Source: Candidatus Saccharibacteria bacterium oral taxon 488 (lineage in GTDB: Bacteria; Patescibacteriota; Saccharimonadia; Saccharimonadales; Saccharimonadaceae). From it: a DNA stretch of 32,000 nt. Positions within the stretch are counted from its first letter, which is position 1; each line of letters begins with the position of its first letter. Under the pieces are notes generated by a model. That model was given only the letters and a program-made list of their open reading frames with translations. It did not search any database and was not told the DNA's origin. This document shows positions 14,934 through 21,676 of this stretch, piece after piece. Made by a program: the position numbers and the translations under genes. Location: NCBI GenBank assembly GCA_010202845.1, contig CP047921.1:270001-302000 (forward strand), written 5' to 3'.

Positions 14934-15707
14934 CTAGACGCCGAGGAATTCGTATGGATTGGCTGGTTCGGTGGTTGGGGTGATGGTGGGGTTGGTGAGG
15001 ACGTAGACAGCTCGGCCGCCGGATAGTTCACGTTTAACCTGGCCGCTTAGGCGTAGCCATTGGTTGTTGCGGTAACGCTCGGCGTCTGGGGATTTAACGA
15101 GAATGCTGATCGGGGTGCTGTCGACAGCGCAGCAGCTGATAACGAAGCGTGATAGTTCGAAGTAGCGGTTGTCGTAAAAGCCACTCGGGTCGCGCGCCAC
15201 GAAGCCAGTGACGTCGATGGTTACGCCGTCAAAAAAGCTGTCATTCGGGCAGTCATCAAACGCGCTACGCCAGCGGTTCATGGAAACGGGTTTGCCGTCA
15301 AGCGGCTCTGGTTTGTCGCAGCGGCCGGTCGTGCTGGTTGGCCCGGACGTGGCGCGGTTGGCAGCGCTGGACGAGGACAGTGGACGCGGCGGCAGGACGA
15401 TGGCCAGAGCGAGGATGCCGGCGGTGATGATTGAGAGTATGGGGATGGTGCGTCGCGGCTTTTTTGGATGCTTGGTGGGTGCCGGGCGGGCGGAGGCTCG
15501 TCGCTTCCCTGCTAGGTTATGGCGCAGCTGTAGAACAATATCGATAAGGAGTAACATGCCACCAGCCACGGTCGCCACGACGGCGAGCAAATGGTAGCGC
15601 GGATGAATGTAAAAGCCGAGCTGGCCGCGGACGGCGATGAGGATGATGTAGCTACAGGCAAGTAGCCCGCCGCCAGCGCGCAGTAGTGGGCCGAGTTTAG
15701 CGCGCAT
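14934..15707 (-). CDS. TIGR03943/DUF1980-like two-TM protein (putative permease accessory subunit)
   Basis: Two N-terminal TM helices, a basic/Pro-rich linker, and a C-terminal domain with the ISCCAVDS motif. It overlaps the upstream permease gene by 11 nt (coupled). Family call from memory of this conserved gene pair. Confidence 0.65.
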   Translation of the reverse strand: MRAKLGPLLRAGGGLLACSYIILIAVRGQLGFYIHPRYHLLAVVATVAGGMLLLIDIVLQLRHNLAGKRRASARPAPTKHPKKPRRTIPILSIITAGILALAIVLPPRPLSSSSAANRATSGPTSTTGRCDKPEPLDGKPVSMNRWRSAFDDCPNDSFFDGVTIDVTGFVARDPSGFYDNRYFELSRFVISCCAVDSTPISILVKSPDAERYRNNQWLRLSGQVKRELSGGRAVYVLTNPTITPTTEPANPYEFLGV

Positions 15708-16740
15708 AGAGATTGACTCCGATCCCTGCCGCGAGCGACAGACTGAAAATAATGAGCATAACCAGCAGGATAAATCGCGGACGAAAGGTGCTTCGCATGA
15801 GGAGAATCAGTTTGATGTCGATCATCGGGCCAGTCAGCAGAAAAGCGAGGACGGAGCCATTGGTGAAGATACGGGCGTAAGCCAGCGCAAAAAAGGCATC
15901 GACGCTGGAGCAGATAGAGACGACGAAGCCGAGGCCGATCATGGCGATGACCGACAGGATGGTGTCGCCGCCGACGGCGTTGATGATGGAGCGCGGAACG
16001 AAGACTTGGGTGGCGGCAGCGATCATGGCGCCGAGGACCAGCATGGTGGTGAGCTGCCAGAATTCGTTGCGGGAATCAGCGAGGATGTGGCGAAAGGTCG
16101 TTGGATGACGGTCGGTGCAGGAGGCAGCAAATGACGGCTGGAGGACGTGTTTGGGGTGAATAAAGCTGACGATCAGGGCGGTCAGCTGGACGATTAGAAA
16201 GCCAAAGCCGATGCGCCACCAGACCATGCGCGGTTCAAAACTAAAGGCGGTCATAGTGGCGATGATGGTGATCGGATTGAGGATCGGCGCGGCTAAGAGA
16301 AAGCTGATGACGTCGGCGGGCTTGAGGCCGTGTGCTAGGAGGCTGCGGGCGACTGGCACATTGCCGCACTCGCAGACTGGCAGCGCGATACCGACGAGCG
16401 AGAGGAGAATGCGGCGGATGAATGTGTGTTTGGGTAGGATTTTAAGCAGTCGGTCTGGCGGCAGGAAGCGGCGAATGAGAGCAGAAACGATGATGCCGAT
16501 GATGAGAAACGGCGTGGCCTCAACGATGACGCTGCAGGTTAGCGTCAGGAAATCTTGTGCCAGCGGTGCTAGCGTCTCGGCCCACGTGTGCGGCGGATGG
16601 GCGATCAGCCAGAGGTCAATTTGTAAACCATACTGCATCACAACGATGCCAAACAAGCCGACGATAGTCCATCGGATCGCGTCGCTGTGGTTTTTGAACC
16701 AGGCGCCAGCGCGCTGATATATTGTCTGTAGTGACGGCAT
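15697..16740 (-). CDS. Polytopic permease (DUF318/ArsP-like; partner of the TIGR03943 protein)
   Basis: Multi-TM protein with LPVCECGNVPVARSLL and a second-half repeat (ICSSVDAFFALAY). TATAAT lies 7 nt upstream of the ATG (leaderless-type). Confidence 0.75.
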   Translation of the reverse strand: MPSLQTIYQRAGAWFKNHSDAIRWTIVGLFGIVVMQYGLQIDLWLIAHPPHTWAETLAPLAQDFLTLTCSVIVEATPFLIIGIIVSALIRRFLPPDRLLKILPKHTFIRRILLSLVGIALPVCECGNVPVARSLLAHGLKPADVISFLLAAPILNPITIIATMTAFSFEPRMVWWRIGFGFLIVQLTALIVSFIHPKHVLQPSFAASCTDRHPTTFRHILADSRNEFWQLTTMLVLGAMIAAATQVFVPRSIINAVGGDTILSVIAMIGLGFVVSICSSVDAFFALAYARIFTNGSVLAFLLTGPMIDIKLILLMRSTFRPRFILLVMLIIFSLSLAAGIGVNLYAR

Positions 16741-16789
16741 AGTTTCTATTATACTACTCCCCGCCTAGCATGCTATACTAAAACTCAGT

Positions 16790-17911
16790 ATGAAACATTG
16801 GCTCCACTCGCATCACCCATTTCGGATTTTTTGGTTTTCGGCGTTGTTGACGCTGGCGTTGGGCGGGTTGATTTTCGGTCATTTCGGCGCGAGCGGCTTG
16901 TGGTTGTTTGCAATTTTGGTGGTGCTGGAAGTGACGTTTAGCTTTGATAACGCGGTGATTAACAGCAAGGTGCTGGCTGGCATGAGCCAGGTTTGGCAAA
17001 AGGTGTTTTTGACAGTTGGGATTTTCGTGGCGGTGTTCGTGGTGCGGTTCGTGCTGCCGATTATCATCGTGATGGTGGCGAGCGGCCATGGCTTCATGGA
17101 AGTGGTTGATTTGGCGCTGAATAGGCCGGCGGAATACGGTCATATTTTGCATGAAGCCTCGCCGATGATCGATGCCTTTGGCGGCGCGTTTCTGATTATG
17201 ATTGGCCTCAGTTATTTCATTGATTATAACAAGCGCGTGCATTGGATGCGGCATGTCGAGCCGTGGCTGGCCAAGGCTGGGCGGTTCGAGAATTTCAAGG
17301 TGTGTTTGATGCTGGGCGTGGCGGCGGTGCTGTATTTTACGGTCGAGCCGCCGCATCGAGCGCTGGTACTGATCTCGTCGGTGTTGGGGATTATACTGCA
17401 TATCGGGCTGGAATTGTTCGGCTCATTCTTCCATGAGGATGATGCTAAATCAGTCAAGGTCAAGGTTGGTTGGGCGGCGTTCGCTAGCCTGCTCTATCTG
17501 GAAGTGTTGGATGCTAGTTTTAGCTTTGACGGCGTCATCGGCGCGTTTGCTATCACCAGCAGCGTGCTGCTGATTGTGGCGGGCCTGGGTGCTGGAGCGA
17601 TTTGGGTGCGGTCGCTGACGGTGTATTTGCTGCGGACGGGCATGCTCAGTAAGTATAAATATCTGGAAAATGGCGCGCACTGGGCGATCATGGCGCTGGG
17701 TATGATGATGATTGCTAAGTTGTTTCATCTGGAGCTGCCGGAATGGGCGACGGGAGGCTTGGGGCTGCTGTTTGTGAGCTTGGCGGTTGGCAGCAGTATG
17801 CTGGAGGCGCGAGCGATTAATTTGCAAGAAGCAGCTGCGGCGAAATTGCATAGCGCTGAGCGGCGGCTGAAACACGGCGCGGCGAAAATTGTGCCGCGAA
17901 AGCGACGGTAA
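16790..17911 (+). CDS. DUF475 / TerC-superfamily integral membrane protein
   Basis: Duplicated signature LEVTFSFDNAVINSKVL and LEVLDASFSFDGVIGAFAIT within a polytopic membrane protein. TATACT lies 10 nt upstream of the ATG. Confidence 0.75.
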   Translation: MKHWLHSHHPFRIFWFSALLTLALGGLIFGHFGASGLWLFAILVVLEVTFSFDNAVINSKVLAGMSQVWQKVFLTVGIFVAVFVVRFVLPIIIVMVASGHGFMEVVDLALNRPAEYGHILHEASPMIDAFGGAFLIMIGLSYFIDYNKRVHWMRHVEPWLAKAGRFENFKVCLMLGVAAVLYFTVEPPHRALVLISSVLGIILHIGLELFGSFFHEDDAKSVKVKVGWAAFASLLYLEVLDASFSFDGVIGAFAITSSVLLIVAGLGAGAIWVRSLTVYLLRTGMLSKYKYLENGAHWAIMALGMMMIAKLFHLELPEWATGGLGLLFVSLAVGSSMLEARAINLQEAAAAKLHSAERRLKHGAAKIVPRKRR

Positions 17912-17951
17912 TTAGTATTTGGATTTTTATTTTTGGGCGGGAGCGTTTACT

Positions 17952-17970
17952 ATTGCGACATTGTTGCAAT
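17952..17970. repeat. Copy of the 19-bp palindrome ATTGCGACA-N-TGTCGCAAT
   Basis: ATTGCGACATTGTtGCAAT, in the convergent gap between stops 17911 (+) and 18021 (-). The flanks cTATTGCGACA....TGCAATAAGC closely match the operator copy at 14060-14083. Confidence 0.7.
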
Positions 17971-18020
17971 AAGCATTTTTGATTTCGCAGGCGCAATGGT
18001 GTAGTGATGTGCCGGGGGGG

Positions 18021-18626
18021 TTAGAGCTTGACGCTTATGGCTGAAATGTGATCGGATAAAAAGTCATGAATCATTGTTTGCGCCGTTGGGATGGTCCAAT
18101 TTTTCAAAATAGTTAATTCATCGCTATTAAAATTCATCATAACAAAACGGTCGGTTGAGACTTGCCGCCGCAGTAGATTGTCTGTACCGATACGAATATG
18201 CCAAAAGTCAGAACCAATGTGAGCATGAAGCGATTTTAAGCCGTTGCTGCCAGCGTCGCGCCCGCCTTTACGGACGCGGATTTTACCAAAATCAAGGTCG
18301 GTGTCATCGTGAATAATTAGTAAATCATCCAGTGTCAGTTTATAAAAATCCATGATCGCCCGCGCGGAAATACCGACGTTATTGTAGTACGTGGTTGGTT
18401 TGACAAGGAGGACTTTTTCTCGTGGAATAGTAACAGGTAGTTTTGTGCTAGCGGCTGAATCGACCGTAAAACTGTTTAATTCGGCAATATCCGCAAAGAA
18501 TTTGGGCTTGTTGCTAAAATGTGCACTCTGTCCTGCCGCCAACTGGTTAACCACCAAAAAGCCAGCATTATGCCGCGTGTGAACGTACTTTTCGCCAGGA
18601 TTGCCAAGGGCCAGAATTACTTTCAT
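18021..18626 (-). CDS. pth: Peptidyl-tRNA hydrolase
   Basis: MKVILALGNPGEKYVHTRHNAGFLVV and later VKPTTYYNNVGIS and IIHDDTDLDFGKIRVRKGG are canonical Pth motifs. Confidence 0.9.
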   Translation of the reverse strand: MKVILALGNPGEKYVHTRHNAGFLVVNQLAAGQSAHFSNKPKFFADIAELNSFTVDSAASTKLPVTIPREKVLLVKPTTYYNNVGISARAIMDFYKLTLDDLLIIHDDTDLDFGKIRVRKGGRDAGSNGLKSLHAHIGSDFWHIRIGTDNLLRRQVSTDRFVMMNFNSDELTILKNWTIPTAQTMIHDFLSDHISAISVKL

Positions 18627-18670
18627 AGCCTTAGTATAGCACCTTGGCTGTGATGACGTATAATAGATGT
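18627..18670. promoter_or_regulatory. 44-bp divergent promoter region with two leaderless-type -10 boxes
   Basis: On the minus strand, TATACT (18638-18633) lies 6 nt before the pth ATG. On the plus strand, TATAAT (18659-18664) lies 6 nt before the ATG at 18671. Neither side has a Shine-Dalgarno. Confidence 0.6.
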
Positions 18671-19639
18671 ATGGCGAAACGCGATGATGATTTGGAATTT
18701 AGTGTTAATGCGGCGTTTGACGAGGCGCGGGCGGTTGTTGACAAAGTGCCGCTATATTTGGTGAACGGCTCGCTGGGTGCTGGCAAGACCAGCGTGTTGG
18801 AATTCTTATTGCAACAAAGTGACTATAAGGGCGCGCGGGTGATTGAAAATGAATATGCCAATGAAAATGTCGACGGCTATCGGCTGGAGGGATTGGCGGA
18901 GATGGTGACGACGCTGGCTGGCGACTGCGTCTGCTGCTCGTCGAAACACGCGCTAACGCGGATGCTGCTGGACTTTTGCCGGAATTCGCCGGCGCCAGTG
19001 TTTATCGAGGCGACGGGCGTGGCGCGAACGATGAACTTGGTCGAGAAATTGATTAATGCACAAATCTTCAATAAGTATGAGTTGATGCAGAGTTTTTATG
19101 TGATCGATGCGCACGAGATTTTGCGCGGGATTGAGCCAGCGCACGAAGTTGAACTGCAAGCAGCAGACGTGATTTTGGTGACCAAGGAAGATTTATTGAA
19201 CGATAGCGAGCTGGCTGAATACGAAGCAAAACGCCGCGCCCTACCCTACGCCAAGGTGTTCAGTGCGCCGCACGGTCGGTTTGAACTCAGTAAATTAACC
19301 ACGCCGTCGGGACTGCTTGCGTTTTTTGATACGTATGATGGCGAGCTGGCGGTGCCGGATAATCCGACGTATGCAGTACTGGATGTTTCGGGCATGAATA
19401 TCGCGGCGTCGGCGCTAGAAAACATGTGGCTGGAGTTGTTCAGGGCGTATGGCCTACGACGGATGAAGGGGTGCTTTATTAGTGACAACGGCGCGCACCA
19501 GCATGTGGAGGCGACCGAGCAGCAAATTCAGATAACTCATGCCAAGCCTGAGGAGGCAGCAAAAATCGTGCTAATCGGCGAACGGGCGGATGAGATTACC
19601 CGTGAAGCTTTGGCGGCGCAACTAGTGATGTTTGAATAA
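18671..19639 (+). CDS. COG0523-family G3E GTPase (CobW/ZigA/YeiR-like metallochaperone)
   Basis: Walker A NGSLGAGKTSVL and the CxCC metal motif GDCVCCSS. Start moved from the TTG at 18644 to the ATG at 18671 because TATAAT sits 6 nt upstream. Confidence 0.85.
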   Translation: MAKRDDDLEFSVNAAFDEARAVVDKVPLYLVNGSLGAGKTSVLEFLLQQSDYKGARVIENEYANENVDGYRLEGLAEMVTTLAGDCVCCSSKHALTRMLLDFCRNSPAPVFIEATGVARTMNLVEKLINAQIFNKYELMQSFYVIDAHEILRGIEPAHEVELQAADVILVTKEDLLNDSELAEYEAKRRALPYAKVFSAPHGRFELSKLTTPSGLLAFFDTYDGELAVPDNPTYAVLDVSGMNIAASALENMWLELFRAYGLRRMKGCFISDNGAHQHVEATEQQIQITHAKPEEAAKIVLIGERADEITREALAAQLVMFE

Positions 19640-19792
19640 ATTGTTCGCTTTCGTCGTTTCCGACTCATCAGCATAGACATGCATCTATGGAGCGAACTGA
19701 CAAGCAGAAGGTGGAGGAAAGTTAACTTTGCCCGCCAGTTCGTAAATGGTGTGTATTTATCAATCACCCCCCTTGGTGTGATTACGAATGGT

Positions 19793-20068
19793 TTAGACAG
19801 GGTATGGACCTATTGGGATATTTCTGTCTGTTCCGTATGCTTTACGGTATGCCTCCTCAATCCACGCTGGGTCAGAGTCGTGGTGGACTCTTATGGTGTA
19901 CCCGTTGAACTTGAAGGTGACGAGCACCTTCTCCTTTACTGCTGCGGTCCAGCCATTGGACCGCTCCAGCCGCTCAGCCAACTGGATGGCCATCCATGCC
20001 GCATCAAGAACAAGCGTTCTTGATTTGACGATGAGTTCAACTGCTACGATACAGTAGTCGTCTGTCAT
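19793..20068 (-). CDS. Hypothetical small protein; shares a short domain with the 20535-21563 product
   Basis: The ATG at 20068 (MTDDYCIV) is preceded by GGAGGAAG. The segment RVHHDSDPAWIEEAYRKAYG resembles PVYENSDPEKLEAAWARVMRG in the neighbouring protein. Confidence 0.55.
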   Translation of the reverse strand: MTDDYCIVAVELIVKSRTLVLDAAWMAIQLAERLERSNGWTAAVKEKVLVTFKFNGYTIRVHHDSDPAWIEEAYRKAYGTDRNIPIGPYPV

Positions 20069-20450
20069 AATGTTCTTCCTCCCCACCCGAGCGGATGCTC
20101 ATGTGAAAAACACTGGTCGACACTCGGATGGGTCGACTCGAGATGGGGTGTTTTGGTGCTTCTTATGATACACCACGACATCCCACCTCAAATCGAAACT
20201 TTCTCTGCTTGTCAAACTACACTTTCGGACAAGGATGTACTCAACTCGTCAACAAAAGCTGATATATATATATCACTAATAGAACAAAATGTCAATGGAT
20301 TTTGTCAAAAATGTGGTGTAATATTTTTTCTCACCCCTGTTATGATCATAGATAACTTTTTATAGAAAATAGTAGCCGGTGCTTTCTGATAACAGTAACT
20401 TGGCGCAGCATGATAAGAACGGGTCGGAATGTTGGTATTTCAAGAACATC

Positions 20451-20486
20451 AAAACGCCGACAGGTACATAAGCGCGTCGGCGTTTT
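20451..20486. terminator. Intrinsic terminator hairpin (usable on both strands) downstream of the 20535 stop
   Basis: 11-bp stem AAAACGCCGAC / GTCGGCGTTTT with a 14-nt loop. T-runs follow on both strands. Confidence 0.65.
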
Positions 20487-20534
20487 GTTAGGATTTTTAT
20501 AGCCTAGAAACACTTGATATCAAGCGTACAATTG

Positions 20535-21563
20535 TTACTGGGCTTCAGGCGGAAGAGGTGAGCGGTATCCACTTTGTCGCTCGCGTACTTCGTTATACCA
20601 TCCTAATAGCTCTTGACCATGATCCCAGCCCCACGCTGAGTCTGGCAATAAATAACCAGTTACTGCATTAAACAATGGATCTGAGGTATTTACCCTGATA
20701 TCCAATATTCTTAGGGCCTCTCCGGCAATATCTGCTACGGTTGCAGTCTCGTTATTGTTGAGATGATCTTGCATGAGCTTTGCCAATAGGAATGTGTAAG
20801 AGCTGTACATGACTCCTCTTGCCTCAAACTCACTCGTAAATGGCTCTGCTTGTATTGGGTTATCTCTGTCGCCATAGATATTAGGTGGTAGCTGCGCCGC
20901 CGCTGCTCCAGCAAGGCGTATTTCTACGTCCCAGAGTTTTTCTTTTAGCCCCTCATATTTTTCTTGTCTGTTGATAATGATATCTGCCCGCTGAATATCA
21001 TAATCGTCTTCATCGTTGCGCCGAGCTTCATCTTCCCGCGCCTCAGCGGCAAGGACTTTTTCTGGTATATCGTCCAGAGTTTTTATCACGAGTGGATATG
21101 TCTCTGCCATTACAGGATGCTCGCTATACGGATCAGGAACTTTTATCTGCTGATCACAGTGTCCGCGCATAACTCGCGCCCAAGCTGCCTCTAGTTTTTC
21201 GGGATCAGAATTTTCATATACGGGAACACAAACACCACCGAAAATAAGTAGCACCGGCTGGCCTTCTTCTGGTGCTTCTGGGCCGTTACTGATAGCATAT
21301 TTGGCTATATCTACTGCATCAGAGAAAAATATTCTGGCATCAGCAAGGTCGTCGCCCAGCGCAAGTAATGGAGCTTTTTCTAGTGGCCCATGATACATTT
21401 CAGGCTCGCTAGGCTCGAGGGTGACTTCGGCAGGAGTTTCTGGGTCTTCCTGAACTTCTTCCTTGATACCCGCAGGATTTTCCTGAAGCGTGTCCCAGCG
21501 GGTTGCAGCATTATTTTGCCCTTCGCTCGGCATTCCCTCAGGTGGCTTTGGTATTCCTGTCAT
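20535..21563 (-). CDS. Hypothetical acidic protein
   Basis: Long ORF. AAAGGAG lies 8 nt upstream of the ATG at 21563 (alternative ATG at 21569; the ORF-track start at 21581 is a GTG inside the SD region). No motif recognised. Confidence 0.6.
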   Translation of the reverse strand: MTGIPKPPEGMPSEGQNNAATRWDTLQENPAGIKEEVQEDPETPAEVTLEPSEPEMYHGPLEKAPLLALGDDLADARIFFSDAVDIAKYAISNGPEAPEEGQPVLLIFGGVCVPVYENSDPEKLEAAWARVMRGHCDQQIKVPDPYSEHPVMAETYPLVIKTLDDIPEKVLAAEAREDEARRNDEDDYDIQRADIIINRQEKYEGLKEKLWDVEIRLAGAAAAQLPPNIYGDRDNPIQAEPFTSEFEARGVMYSSYTFLLAKLMQDHLNNNETATVADIAGEALRILDIRVNTSDPLFNAVTGYLLPDSAWGWDHGQELLGWYNEVRERQSGYRSPLPPEAQ

Positions 21564-21601
21564 AGTCATAACTCCTTTCACATGGATTTTAGTGTGCTGA
21601 G

Positions 21602-21630
21602 ATTATATCAGCAGTGTAGCACTATGTCAA
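21602..21630 (-). promoter_or_regulatory. Perfect consensus promoter for the 21563 CDS
   Basis: The minus strand reads TTGACA (21630-21625), a 17-nt spacer, then TATAAT (21607-21602). Confidence 0.65.
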
Positions 21631-21676
21631 GGTTATGGGAACTCAGCTCCAGTTATTAATACGCCGTTGAGTTGGT

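Noticed and set aside
16778-17401. 207-aa minus-strand His/Gln/Arg-rich ORF.
   Set aside because: It is antisense to the DUF475/TerC-superfamily gene. It would also run through the divergent promoter region, and its low-complexity composition marks it as a shadow ORF.
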